Virus record (IMG/VR): IMGVR_UViG_3300047288_000038
Span: 1 to 25,581 of that record
From: a virus
Lineage: Duplodnaviria; Caudoviricetes
DNA length: 25,581 nt
Strand: one strand, 5' to 3'
A model generated the notes under the pieces. It was not told the origin of the DNA. It searched no databases and worked only from the letters and a program-made list of their open reading frames with translations. The translations under genes were made by a program, and so were the position numbers. This document shows positions 15,697-25,111 of this stretch, in pieces; position 1 is the stretch's first letter, and the number at the start of each line of letters is the position of its first letter.

Positions 15697-16040
15697 GCGG
15701 ATACCTCGATGACCCCGTAGGGCGTGTCTGCTGTAAATTCAACGGAAAGTTTCCGCGTTGAATTGCTGAATGTGTAATCGAAAGACAATATCTGGCGAAC
15801 GCCTTGAACTTCTAGAATGCTTTTGCGTAGCGCAGCAAGAGCGCCAGATAGAGTTAATTGCTTGCCTAGGATCTGCTGAAGGTAAGGGGTTCCGAATTCG
15901 GTATCAAGGAACCACTCACCCCGCCAGAGCTTTAGTTTGATGAGTAATTGTTGGCGCACCTGTTCAGCAGCATCCACCAGCTTCAGATCTAGCGAACTGG
16001 TGTCAAGGTCGTGGGATGTTGTGAGCGCGATATCAAGCAT
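15693..16040 (-). CDS. Baseplate wedge/sheath initiator (gp25-like)
   Basis: LKLWRGEWFLDTEFGTPY, ILEVQGV and TPYG motifs, between spike and J. Confidence 0.8.
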   Translation of the reverse strand: MLDIALTTSHDLDTSSLDLKLVDAAEQVRQQLLIKLKLWRGEWFLDTEFGTPYLQQILGKQLTLSGALAALRKSILEVQGVRQILSFDYTFSNSTRKLSVEFTADTPYGVIEVSA

Positions 16041-16047
16041 GTCGAGG

Positions 16048-16077
16048 ATGATAACATTTCCAATCTAAGTCCATCAA
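16048..16077 (-). promoter_or_regulatory. Putative promoter giving a leaderless transcript
   Basis: TTGATG, 18 nt, TATCAT with extended-10 TG. Only 7 nt separate it from ATG 16040, and no SD is present. Confidence 0.4.
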
Positions 16078-16087
16078 GTTATAGGCG

Positions 16088-16777
16088 TCAAACAGGAGCT
16101 CCCGTATTACCGCCACCAGGCTGCACACCGCTATGAACGTGAGTATGAAGCGTCTTGCCATTGCTGGTAAGGTTTCCACTACTGTGATTGATGTTTCCAG
16201 TAATTGCGGTTCCGTTACCGCCACCAGTGCCCGCCATACCGTCTTTATAAGTCAGCAGGCCATCTGTGGTCAGCGTTCCTGTGTTTTGTGTGCTCGGCGT
16301 GTTAATAGTCGTTCCGCCAGGAGCGTTAATTTTAAGTTCTCCGCCTGCTGTAAGGCGTATGTAAGCAGGGCCGAAGAACATAGTCATGTCGGCATTGTTC
16401 CCGCTATCACCCTGACCTGCGTTTCCAAGGTCGCACATTACAGCGTAAGCATCTTGTAAGTCAAACATGCGCCGATCGTCTGTGCCATCGACTGCCTGTT
16501 GCGAAAATACAAGCAGGCATTTATCACCCGCTTTTACAGGACCTTTGACACCAGCAGAACCACCTGCAAACGAAGGCCAGCAGACACGCACATTCGGAAT
16601 GATAGGGTAATCCAGGACGTCACCATCTGCGAATCGTTTCTTAGGTGTCGGGGCCACACGAGCAAGCCCGTTCGCATAAGAAACAATCGTCGCGGGAAGT
16701 GCTGTATTGACGTCAAGCAGTTGGGACCGAATAAGGCCCATGAGTGCTTCGACTGGATTGTTTGATGTTTCGGACAT
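16088..16777 (-). CDS. Baseplate central spike (Gp138-like N-terminus)
   Basis: OB-fold N-terminus (TALPA, PVKAGDKCLLVF, RRMFDLQDA), a Gly/Thr-rich beta region and a C-terminal HTHVHSGV metal-binding tip. Confidence 0.85.
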   Translation of the reverse strand: MSETSNNPVEALMGLIRSQLLDVNTALPATIVSYANGLARVAPTPKKRFADGDVLDYPIIPNVRVCWPSFAGGSAGVKGPVKAGDKCLLVFSQQAVDGTDDRRMFDLQDAYAVMCDLGNAGQGDSGNNADMTMFFGPAYIRLTAGGELKINAPGGTTINTPSTQNTGTLTTDGLLTYKDGMAGTGGGNGTAITGNINHSSGNLTSNGKTLHTHVHSGVQPGGGNTGAPV

Positions 16778-17700
16778 TATTTTACATACCTTAAAGTCAA
16801 TTCACTGTGCCATTCGTTGCCATGAGTGTCACCGCTATGCGTAAGCTCTTCAATACGAAAGAACTCACCGTCAATTCCAGCTGACTTCACTTGCACATAA
16901 CCGCCGGGCTCTAGCAAAGGCTGCAACAAGCTCTTGACCTTATAACCCAGGACCTTCAGCATCTGTTGGACTTCACCATCTTTGTCGCGCTCAGTAGTTT
17001 TCCGAACGCCAGGTTGTTTTTCCGTAATGCCTTCTTTAGCCGCTGCCTTTTCGGTCATTGTTTTGGACTCGCCCATAGGGGAACCGATAAGCCCAGTGTC
17101 AGGTGACAGCAGATAGGCCTTTTGCTTAAATACGCCACCCTTCTTAATGATCTGGATCTCTCGGTTCTGTATGCTCCACTCTAGACCTCCGTTCTCGCAC
17201 ACCTTGTCCATAGCATCGCGCACACGCCCAACGAATGCAAAGCCTGCGGGATACTGTTTCTTGGCAATATCCGTTGGCAACGGACGCACAGGAAGACCGA
17301 ACTTCTTACTGATGGCGGTCACGACTTGCTGAACCGTTGCGCCCTTAGCAAAGGACAATGAAATCTTGGCGTCACGGAACTCCATGAACCCGTCTTGCAT
17401 TTCTAGCTCGGTGACCCAGTCAGGGCCTTCCCGAACGGTAAGAGTGCGAGTGATGTTTCCACTAAAGATAGTCTGGGCGCCAATGTCTTCGCTGTAACCC
17501 GCTTTCAGCACCATCACATTTCCAATCACTTCAATAAGCGAACGGGTTGCAGGCGCAGCATTCCAGATCTTCACTGTGCATTTATTCGGGGACTTTGTTG
17601 CACCCTTTTGGATGCTAAACGAAAAGCGAAGGTTGGACAGTTCTTTACTGTCACCCCCTTCTTTACCAATAACCAGCGACGCGACACGGTTAAACAACAT
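16777..17700 (-). CDS. Baseplate hub protein
   Basis: LKAGY, IFSG, WSIQN, LLSPDTGLIGSP and HSGDTHGNEW pattern, plus synteny. Confidence 0.78.
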   Translation of the reverse strand: MLFNRVASLVIGKEGGDSKELSNLRFSFSIQKGATKSPNKCTVKIWNAAPATRSLIEVIGNVMVLKAGYSEDIGAQTIFSGNITRTLTVREGPDWVTELEMQDGFMEFRDAKISLSFAKGATVQQVVTAISKKFGLPVRPLPTDIAKKQYPAGFAFVGRVRDAMDKVCENGGLEWSIQNREIQIIKKGGVFKQKAYLLSPDTGLIGSPMGESKTMTEKAAAKEGITEKQPGVRKTTERDKDGEVQQMLKVLGYKVKSLLQPLLEPGGYVQVKSAGIDGEFFRIEELTHSGDTHGNEWHSELTLRYVK

Positions 17701-17703
17701 GGC

Positions 17704-18138
17704 TTATTGATCCCAAAGTGTGGAACCAGTGTCCCAAGTGGAAAGACCGCTATCCCATACCGTACCGATGACAGCTTCACCAATCTGCTGACGTACAGGT
17801 TGAGCAGTGACCACAGCATCCGCTTCGTAATAGTACAGCCCGAAGGTCACGCCAAGGTCGCTATATCCGGGGCGTGCGGAAGAACCCTTTTCCTGGATAA
17901 AATACAGATCACCGAAAGGAAGAAGTTCGTTCTTAAAGCGTCCGATTAGCGGATAGTTCTTTACCATTTTCACATTCGTGAGCAAGGGTGACTCGTTTGC
18001 CTCCATAATGGAAAGCGTAAAGTAACCGAATCGCTCGTTCCAAAGGACGCGCAGGATATAAGGGTTTCCATCCAGCTCTACGCTGACAAGCTGATCCGTT
18101 GTTTCCGGTTGCAGTGGGATCTTTTGAATGAGCGACAT
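17704..18138 (-). CDS. Small baseplate/virion protein
   Basis: VELDG.PY.LRVLWNER pattern and synteny. The C-terminus has WD-spaced repeats (WDSGLSTWDTGSTLWDQ). Confidence 0.65.
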   Translation of the reverse strand: MSLIQKIPLQPETTDQLVSVELDGNPYILRVLWNERFGYFTLSIMEANESPLLTNVKMVKNYPLIGRFKNELLPFGDLYFIQEKGSSARPGYSDLGVTFGLYYYEADAVVTAQPVRQQIGEAVIGTVWDSGLSTWDTGSTLWDQ

Positions 18139-18743
18139 TATTTTAGAATCCTTGCTAGTGTGCTGGAAGGCTTCTGAACTGTTTCAGGCTGCTTCTTGCC
18201 TGCGTCCTTAGTTGGTTCAGTTTTCTTACCAGTGCTGGCATCGCCCTTGGCATCTTTCTTAGGGTTAATACCATCAGGGACATCCACCATCATCGTCGCG
18301 ACCTTGCGAATGTGAATAAACTCCGCATTGAATTCCAATGCTTCGCCCACACCAGCTGAACGCGGGATTGTCACGTTTGTCAAAACCATGTCGTCATAGA
18401 TACGATGCTTCGTATAGACCGTCATCGGTTCTTTAAGCTTCAGCAATTCGTGCAACAGATCGAAAGTGGTTTGTGTTCGGTTGCCTGTGCGCCCAAAATT
18501 AAGAATCCCGTTAATGGATTGGCTTAAAGTGAGCGGGCTATCAGTCACAAAACCTTTAATCGTCAGTTGATCCGCTTGGTCGATAATGTGGTCAGTTACA
18601 GGAGCACCAATTTCAACGGGGTTGCTAGTTGCCTCAGCGGACCATTCGTGCGCCTCTTCCAGAACCGCATCAAGTTCAATGTTTCCGAACATATTGCCGA
18701 ACGATGTCTGCAAACTGTTCCCGCCAAAGAAAAGTCCAATCAT
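18138..18743 (-). CDS. Tail tube initiator/Dit-like protein
   Basis: LDAVLEEAH...TSNPVEIGAPVTDH and YDDMVL motifs, directly after the tape measure gene. Confidence 0.75.
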   Translation of the reverse strand: MIGLFFGGNSLQTSFGNMFGNIELDAVLEEAHEWSAEATSNPVEIGAPVTDHIIDQADQLTIKGFVTDSPLTLSQSINGILNFGRTGNRTQTTFDLLHELLKLKEPMTVYTKHRIYDDMVLTNVTIPRSAGVGEALEFNAEFIHIRKVATMMVDVPDGINPKKDAKGDASTGKKTEPTKDAGKKQPETVQKPSSTLARILK

Positions 18744-18752
18744 GTTTCGTCC

Positions 18753-20432
18753 TTAAGGCGCATAGACCGCAAGATCGCGGGCAAGTTTATCATTAGCACC
18801 ATTCGCGAACGACTGCTGTGCAGCAGTTTGCAGGAACTTAGCTTGCTCGGCAGTAGTTCCAGGAGGAACGGTGACTGTCACGTTTGTATTGCTTTGCACA
18901 TTCGGGCGCCCTGCCCCCATAGCGGACGGCGCCATTTGCGCCGGTGTAACGGTATTGGCAGGGGTAACGCCAGGGCCTGCAGCGCCCGCAGTCGCCCCAC
19001 CAACACCGAAAAGCGAACCCGCTTTCGTGAGTAAGTCAGCGACCCACTTGCCCAGCTCGGTGAATTTGTCCCCAAACCAAGAAAACAATCCAGCGAACCA
19101 GTCTTTAACCGTCTGCCAGTTTGCAATGAGCAAAGCGCCGGCAGCGATAAGCGCACCGATTGCGATGACAATAAGTCCAATCGGATTTAGCGCCATGACT
19201 GCATTAAGTGCGAACGCAACGACAATGAGCCCTCGCTTAACTGCTGCCACTGCAATGATCGCGGCCTCGTAGGCTTGCAGAGCGAGCGTGTATCCAATGA
19301 CAGCAGCTTTCCAGACTGCAAACATACCGACCACAGCTCCAATCGCAGTCGCTACGCCGAGAACTGTGTATTTAACGTCTTCCCAGTTGCCAATGAATGC
19401 ACCAATAACAGAATCACCGCCCTGGATCCACACATACAAGTCTTCCAGCACCAGCGTGATTGCTGTAATGATAGCGACGATCTTAAGGAACGGGAGCATT
19501 GCAGCAAGACCAGCGAGTCGGAACGCTGAAAGGATTGCGAGTGCTTTAGCGCCGAATGCAACACCGATCATCATGCTAATGAAGCGAAGCATGTTTGCCC
19601 AGCCCCCAAAAGAATCCACAAGACTTTCAATGCCCGCTTCAATCTTATCGAACACCGTAAGAATGGCATTCGCAATCGTACCGATAAAGTTCGAGTCGCG
19701 GTTCATCTTGTCGATCATACGCGCAAAGCGGTTCCCGACGACAGTCATTGCACGACCGACAGTCATTGGCATCTGCTTAAACTTTTCACCGAAGTAATCC
19801 GACATCTGTCGGGTCGCTTCAATAACTGCTTTCGCTGTAAGTTTGCCGTCAGCTGCCATCTTCTTAAGCTGCTCACGAGGGATCTTCATGACCTCTGACA
19901 GCTTGTCAAGATACTGGGGAGCTGCTTCTGCCATGGAACGGAATTCGTCACCTTGCAAAACACCTGAAGCCAATGCTTGCGAGAATTGCGTCATTACTGC
20001 TGACGCTTCTTGCGCACTTGCACCGCCCACGACAAGGGCTTGCGAAATGGTGTCCGTGATCCCTAACAGGTCTTCTTGAGTTGTGATGTAGTCTTTGGCA
20101 GCGTTGCCGACTTTCGTATAGAGTGAAGCATAGGCGTTAATCTTTACACCTGACGCACTTGCACGACGCGCAACTTCGTCGAACGCGTCACCAGCTTCAC
20201 CCACAGTCTGCGGGAGCATACCAATCCGGGAGCGGATGCTTTGCATCTCGTCCCCGATGGTAATGATTGTCCGCACCGTTGCAAAGCTGGCCACAGCAGC
20301 GGCGATATTCCGAAATGCAGTCGCGGCTTCCTCAGCTCGGTCTTTTACACGCTGCACACCTTTCTCAGCGTTGTTGAGCTGAGTCTGGTTGAGCGAAAAG
20401 CCTAGTCGAGTTATAAGTTCGCGGACAATCAA
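18753..20432 (-). CDS. Tape measure protein
   Basis: TTG start after GAGGTG. Tape-measure domain QFSQALASGVLQGDEFRSMAE, with hydrophobic Ala-rich repeats (NPIGLIV, NWQTVK). Confidence 0.9.
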   Translation of the reverse strand: MIVRELITRLGFSLNQTQLNNAEKGVQRVKDRAEEAATAFRNIAAAVASFATVRTIITIGDEMQSIRSRIGMLPQTVGEAGDAFDEVARRASASGVKINAYASLYTKVGNAAKDYITTQEDLLGITDTISQALVVGGASAQEASAVMTQFSQALASGVLQGDEFRSMAEAAPQYLDKLSEVMKIPREQLKKMAADGKLTAKAVIEATRQMSDYFGEKFKQMPMTVGRAMTVVGNRFARMIDKMNRDSNFIGTIANAILTVFDKIEAGIESLVDSFGGWANMLRFISMMIGVAFGAKALAILSAFRLAGLAAMLPFLKIVAIITAITLVLEDLYVWIQGGDSVIGAFIGNWEDVKYTVLGVATAIGAVVGMFAVWKAAVIGYTLALQAYEAAIIAVAAVKRGLIVVAFALNAVMALNPIGLIVIAIGALIAAGALLIANWQTVKDWFAGLFSWFGDKFTELGKWVADLLTKAGSLFGVGGATAGAAGPGVTPANTVTPAQMAPSAMGAGRPNVQSNTNVTVTVPPGTTAEQAKFLQTAAQQSFANGANDKLARDLAVYAP

Positions 20433-20436
20433 TTCA

Positions 20437-20697
20437 TCACCTCTGTGTCTTTGCTGCTTCGTACTGGGACGCTTCTATGTCTGTTTGCATGTCCAACAAT
20501 GCGTTGAGCGACTGCAAGTCTTCCACCGTAGCAGTTCCATCCTTTACCTCTCTGAGCGTCACTTTCCCTGCAAGGATAGGACGCCAGATCCACAGCTCGT
20601 CGCTTACTTCGTCGGCGAGCTTTCCAGGGACACTTGGCCCGTCTTCGCGCCTTCGATCAGACCGCCAAAGCGGTCCATCATGGATGCGAAAAAAGGG
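20437..20697 (-). CDS. Post-frameshift (-1) portion of the tail assembly chaperone (G-T fusion), missed by the ORF track
   Basis: The -1 frame is open from the slippery CCCCTTTTTTC (20698-20688) to TGA 20439-20437. It reads ...ELWIWRPILAGKVTLREVKDGTATVEDLQSLNALLDMQTDIEASQYEAAKTQR. Confidence 0.78.
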   Translation of the reverse strand, partial: PFFRIHDGPLWRSDRRREDGPSVPGKLADEVSDELWIWRPILAGKVTLREVKDGTATVEDLQSLNALLDMQTDIEASQYEAAKTQR

Positions 20698-21068
20698 GCA
20701 AACTGATACCTCGCGACTTCAAAGATCAACTGGTAAAGGTCGAACAGGTTTTCGGTCGTAAAGCACTGATCAATATCGGTCCCGGATTTAATAAACTTCT
20801 TGTTCTCTACACTGAACACCTTTGACTCGGCAAACAACGGAAGAACGATATTGTCCATCACGGACTCGTCCAAGTTCTCCGAAAGCACTTTTGCAGCTTG
20901 TTCGACATCCATATCCATAAGACCTTTGCCCTTGCCCGCGGTGGCAATAGTGCCGATGATAGGCACAGCAATCTTCTGGATTCGCATCAGCAGCTTATTG
21001 GCTGCAAACGCATTCATGCGAACGCAAGTGTATTCACGTTGGCCGATGATAAAGGTTTCTTGTTGCAT
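20604..21068 (-). CDS. Tail assembly chaperone
   Basis: Lies between tube and tape measure genes, with a GAGGA RBS and a slippery site near the 3' end. Confidence 0.8.
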   Translation of the reverse strand: MQQETFIIGQREYTCVRMNAFAANKLLMRIQKIAVPIIGTIATAGKGKGLMDMDVEQAAKVLSENLDESVMDNIVLPLFAESKVFSVENKKFIKSGTDIDQCFTTENLFDLYQLIFEVARYQFAPFFASMMDRFGGLIEGAKTGQVSLESSPTK

Positions 21069-21106
21069 GTCAGTTCCTCGAGTGTGGTCAATGCGGTGAG
21101 TATAGC

Positions 21107-21132
21107 AAAACGGGGCCTTGTGGGCCCCGTTT
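21107..21132 (-). terminator. Intrinsic terminator after the tail tube gene
   Basis: AAACGGGGCC/GGCCCCGTTT stem with a 5-nt loop, ending in TTTT on the - strand. Confidence 0.7.
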
Positions 21133-21145
21133 CACTTCCCTCAAC

Positions 21146-21586
21146 TTAGTTGCCACCACCGTGGAAGATCTTAAGATCTGCTGCGCTAAACACCCAGACA
21201 CGTTCGCCAACTTCTTTACCGAACGTGGCTTCGGGTAGGGTCTTGATCCAGCACTGCGTGGCAGCAGCTAAAGAGCGACCGGAACCATCGAGCACACCGA
21301 TCGGAATAACGATCAGTCCGTCATTGGTAAGATCGTCCGCTGCAAGCAATGCAGACAACAAGTCATTCGCACTGCTGGTCTGCAAGAGCTTGAACTCGAA
21401 TTCGCCCATCTTATTGGCGTTACGAGCTCGAGCAACACCGCCATCAGTACCGACGCGAGTGAAGTACATGTCCTCAGCACGTCGAGCAATGATAGAGTCA
21501 CCGTCACTAAAACCTGACAGGATGACGCCACCGACCGTGACGATCACCTGCGAGGGATCATAGGAACCTGTCAAAATAGCACTCAT
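21146..21586 (-). CDS. Tail tube protein (DUF3277-like)
   Basis: SYDP, SGFSDG, VGTDG, LLQTSSANDLLS and FGKE...RVW pattern, following the sheath gene. Confidence 0.82.
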   Translation of the reverse strand: MSAILTGSYDPSQVIVTVGGVILSGFSDGDSIIARRAEDMYFTRVGTDGGVARARNANKMGEFEFKLLQTSSANDLLSALLAADDLTNDGLIVIPIGVLDGSGRSLAAATQCWIKTLPEATFGKEVGERVWVFSAADLKIFHGGGN

Positions 21587-21596
21587 TCATTTCTCC

Positions 21597-22925
21597 TTAG
21601 AGTTCGTATGCCAAGGCGCCAGTGATTTCCACGACGTGGATCGCACCAGCAAGGCGGGCTGTAAAGCCAAGCGACAAGACACGGGATGCCTTAATGCTTG
21701 GCGCCAGTTCCACAGAGCGCGGATAGGTGATAACGAAACCTGGAACGGTCTGGTCGTTTGCGTCCAGTTCGTCCGGTGCAATACCGCCCACGTTCTGGCC
21801 CTCTTGCAACGACTTCCGAAGGTTAGTCACACAGAGCTGAATGCCTTGGTCTGTATATGGAACCTTGTCACGGTTGATCATCATCTGGGTCATATTGACC
21901 TGGATGGTGTCTTTCAACCAGTCGCGGAAGCGAATAACGTCAATCCATTCGCCTGCGGAAACTTTGCCAGGGTTCGTCAGTGCAATGCTGCTCTGATAGA
22001 ACTCAAACGTATTACCGCCCTTATTGACCACAGTTTGTTTCTGCGTACTGGTCAGCGGTGACGGGGTCACGCTTGCCAGTTGCTTCAGCGCCCAAGTTTC
22101 ACCGCCCGGCTTGATCGTGAATACACGACCGGCCCAAGCTGCGTCAGGGTACTCGGTAGCTGCGTTCGTATGGAACAGAACTGCTGTGCGATAATAACGG
22201 GTGTTTTTCAGCGTGCTGATCAAGTCAGTCGTGACGGACGGGTTAAGAACGTCAGCTTCATTGGTAGCAGTGATGAAGAGCTTGTCATTCGCCTCAGTCC
22301 ATTCGGCAGCGTCCAGCTGAGTGTCTTTAACACGCTCAGTCAGAACAAGGCCATACCATGCAGAATCCTCATCCAGGATCGCATCAAGGTCGTCAGCAAC
22401 TGCAGAAGCAGCAGCCAGCGGAGTGATTGCGCCCCATTGCAGGTGGCTCACCAGTTCCACAGAACCGACAGTGCTAATCCAAGCGATTTCCAACGTGTCG
22501 CCTGCTACCGTAGCAGTGATCACTTCGTCGGTGTCGCCTGTAACGGCAGCAGCCAGGCCGGTAACGATCTCAGTTTTGGTGGGCGTACCGTCAGCCGTGT
22601 AGCTGTACGATTCACCATTAACTTTGAACGAGTAGGTACCCAATGCAATCAGGTCAGCAACCTCAATCACTGCCTTAAGCACAGCACGACGGCCCACCTT
22701 AACCTGACGCGGACGCGGGATCTGGCCGAAGCAATCGGACAGAGCGGTCAGCAATGCAGGGGGAAGATCGTCCTCGGATGCTGCGTTATAGCTGGTATAA
22801 ACGCGAACACGCTCAGAGAAGGTCATCAGCGGCGCGACGATCATCGGAGTACCGAAGTCGCCTCGCGTGACACCAGTCGTCTGGAGCGCGATTTGTACTG
22901 AAACAATATCGTCAAGGGATGCCAT
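21597..22925 (-). CDS. Contractile tail sheath protein (DUF3383-like)
   Basis: PGGETWALKQL, GEWIDVIRFRDWL, KVPYTDQG and LAGAIH motifs. Confidence 0.9.
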   Translation of the reverse strand: MASLDDIVSVQIALQTTGVTRGDFGTPMIVAPLMTFSERVRVYTSYNAASEDDLPPALLTALSDCFGQIPRPRQVKVGRRAVLKAVIEVADLIALGTYSFKVNGESYSYTADGTPTKTEIVTGLAAAVTGDTDEVITATVAGDTLEIAWISTVGSVELVSHLQWGAITPLAAASAVADDLDAILDEDSAWYGLVLTERVKDTQLDAAEWTEANDKLFITATNEADVLNPSVTTDLISTLKNTRYYRTAVLFHTNAATEYPDAAWAGRVFTIKPGGETWALKQLASVTPSPLTSTQKQTVVNKGGNTFEFYQSSIALTNPGKVSAGEWIDVIRFRDWLKDTIQVNMTQMMINRDKVPYTDQGIQLCVTNLRKSLQEGQNVGGIAPDELDANDQTVPGFVITYPRSVELAPSIKASRVLSLGFTARLAGAIHVVEITGALAYEL

Positions 22926-22955
22926 TGAAAAACTCCTTATGTCAAATCAAGCCCA

Positions 22956-23495
22956 CTATAACACAGTGGTGATAACTTCCGCCAGATCCGGATTCACTTC
23001 ATCAAACTCAGGAGTCTGATTCGTGACGTAATTTGTCGTCGTTTCCACCGTCTCGATCACGCCGACACGGTCAAGAAGCTCCGTACCAAAGCGAACGAAC
23101 AGATCCACACTGGCGCGGGGTTCCAGTTGCGAATTATCTAGCTTGTATGGAACATTGAGCACGTTGCCAATGTCATACAGTGCAATCTTTTGAAGTTGCC
23201 AAGTTTCCAGAACTGTGGTGCGCGACAAGTTGTCACGCAAGTCTGCACAAGCAACATCGGAGTCAGGCCCAAAGCGTTGCACCTGTACCGTGATTTCACG
23301 CACACCGCTCACAAGCTGGTCGCCGTCGGTAGTTACCCCTTGGCTGTAAGTTGCGTCGCCTATTGCCCGCTGTGCGGAAAGGCGGATCGTCCAATATGGA
23401 AGCGGGGGACGCGGCGAATTCTGATCAGCGAAGATCAGTGTCTCGGCGCCGATAAGCGCCTTGACTAAAGTGTAGAGCGATGCCTTAACGGTCAT
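22956..23495 (-). CDS. Tail terminator/neck protein
   Basis: Position immediately upstream of the sheath gene, with an ADQNSPRPPLPY motif. Confidence 0.65.
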   Translation of the reverse strand: MTVKASLYTLVKALIGAETLIFADQNSPRPPLPYWTIRLSAQRAIGDATYSQGVTTDGDQLVSGVREITVQVQRFGPDSDVACADLRDNLSRTTVLETWQLQKIALYDIGNVLNVPYKLDNSQLEPRASVDLFVRFGTELLDRVGVIETVETTTNYVTNQTPEFDEVNPDLAEVITTVL

Positions 23496-23680
23496 TTCTT
23501 AAGAGCAGGAAGCTTCTTAGCCCAGGCCGCGCCTTCCTTGCGACCCTTGCTGATGTTAATGGCGGTCACTTGTGCAACTGCCTTTTCACGACCTGCGGCG
23601 CCCGTGTAGCAAGTACCACCTTCGGACGACTTAAAACCTTTGGCGCCATTCAGCGTGCATTCAACGACTTTAGCGGGCAT
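23492..23680 (-). CDS. Small basic hypothetical protein (62 aa)
   Basis: Fills the gap with a GGAG RBS and an ATGA overlap with the next gene. Lys/Gly-rich with two Cys. Confidence 0.65.
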   Translation of the reverse strand: MPAKVVECTLNGAKGFKSSEGGTCYTGAAGREKAVAQVTAINISKGRKEGAAWAKKLPALKK

Positions 23681-23681
23681 T

Positions 23682-24272
23682 TTAATCTCCGAGATATTTC
23701 ATAATGCGAATATACCAGCCATTGACTTTGACGGTACAATTTCCATCTGACCACAAGCGGAACTCGCCAGGGTTAGTCTTTACAGGTAGCGAACCGATAT
23801 AGAACGGGATGTTCGCTAGGATGTTGTGAGCGCCAGCTGCCTTAAACGTCATTTCGTTCGTTGGGAGCGAGAAAGCAATCGCGTCACCAATAGCAAGCGC
23901 CAGCTCACTTTTCACAACTTGGTTCGCGCCAGTAGTCGTCACAACAATGTCAGCGCGGAATTCAAGCATCGTCTTGACAGGCAATTCCGTCAGCACAAGC
24001 TGGTTCGTTACCGCGTTCCAAAGGTTCGTTACACCTTCGGGCATTGCATTGGTGACGCTATACGGGCCCAGCTTGTTGTTCGTCAGCTTTGTCCAGGTAC
24101 TAGCAACGACGTTAATAGGCGTCACAGCCGTTGCGGAGTCGTTGTAATCAACGAAACCGATTTGTCGTTGCAAGGATTCAATTTCTGCTTTAGCTGCTGC
24201 GAAGTTTGCACGCACGCCAGCGGTCGTTGCATTGCCTAGCGGCGGTACTGCCACGTTGATATCGCTTGCCAT
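23682..24272 (-). CDS. Hypothetical virion protein (short helical N-terminus plus beta-rich domain)
   Basis: 196-aa ORF tightly packed in the neck module. Confidence 0.65.
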   Translation of the reverse strand: MASDINVAVPPLGNATTAGVRANFAAAKAEIESLQRQIGFVDYNDSATAVTPINVVASTWTKLTNNKLGPYSVTNAMPEGVTNLWNAVTNQLVLTELPVKTMLEFRADIVVTTTGANQVVKSELALAIGDAIAFSLPTNEMTFKAAGAHNILANIPFYIGSLPVKTNPGEFRLWSDGNCTVKVNGWYIRIMKYLGD

Positions 24273-24659
24273 TTAGGGCCTCTTTAATGCGCCGGATGTC
24301 CAATCGGAATCCGTTGTGAATTTGAATACCTTTGCGCCGATGTATTTGTAGTGACTAATCACTGCGGACTGGTTTGCAAAGATGCTGACTAATTCGTAAC
24401 CGTAACCCTCATGGGCAATGATGTCAGGTTGCACACCTTCGCCATCAGCGGTCACTTTTAAGCGGTCCGCCGTGTAGAACTTAACAAAGTCCGACAGATG
24501 ACGACCTTCTGGGAGCGACTGCATATCCTGTCCCATGACCACAGGTTGCGCCGATGCCATTGTGGTCAGTGTAGATCGTGCGCCAGCAGACCAGTTCCCG
24601 TTCAAGTATGATCCAACTGCTTCACGCAGTACGGTCTTCAGTTTGCGGAAGCTGCTCAT
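24273..24659 (-). CDS. Head closure/head-tail joining protein
   Basis: GSYLNGNW, QP...LPEG, YT...L and HYKY pattern, plus synteny. Confidence 0.7.
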   Translation of the reverse strand: MSSFRKLKTVLREAVGSYLNGNWSAGARSTLTTMASAQPVVMGQDMQSLPEGRHLSDFVKFYTADRLKVTADGEGVQPDIIAHEGYGYELVSIFANQSAVISHYKYIGAKVFKFTTDSDWTSGALKRP

Positions 24660-25111
24660 GCGCGTCTCCCGCGGATGCTGATCTGCACAGCGTTCGCCAT
24701 TGCACCGCTATCGACAAGCGTCTTAGTGGAACCCTTCTTAGCGCGAACAGTGCTTTCAGCAAGACGGGGAAGAATGTTCCGCCCCGTAATTGTGTTCTTA
24801 ATTCGATCTGCGTGCTTCTGCCCAATCACAGTCAGTGCAGCGTTTGCAGTTTTGCGACCTTGCACCATCTGATCGCCTTGGCGCTGAAAATCGGTGTTAA
24901 TTGCTTCGACGTTTTCATCGAATGACATTGCCATGAACGGACGCGACGGAACTTCATCTGTTCCGAATTCGTTATAGGACGCATATTCAGCGATGCTAGT
25001 CCCTTCGTTCTGAGACCCTTCCAGGATACCGACAGCGACTTCCAGGCCTTTAGCTCGTTCGAGTTCTCGAACGATTCCTTTCCAGCCACGGTCGATATCT
25101 CGGACGGCCAT
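24656..25111 (-). CDS. Neck/tail completion protein (HK97 gp10-like)
   Basis: NEFGT, PSRPFM and LAEST..AKKGS.KTLVDSG motifs. The likely start is ATG 25111 (TAATG overlap), not 25150. Confidence 0.78.
   Translation of the reverse strand: MAVRDIDRGWKGIVRELERAKGLEVAVGILEGSQNEGTSIAEYASYNEFGTDEVPSRPFMAMSFDENVEAINTDFQRQGDQMVQGRKTANAALTVIGQKHADRIKNTITGRNILPRLAESTVRAKKGSTKTLVDSGAMANAVQISIRGRRA

Noticed and set aside
22080-22901. 273-aa + strand ORF and other long antisense ORFs (5403..6032, 7205..7792, 19288..19797)
   Set aside because: These are shadows of well-supported genes on the opposite strand, with no motifs of their own.
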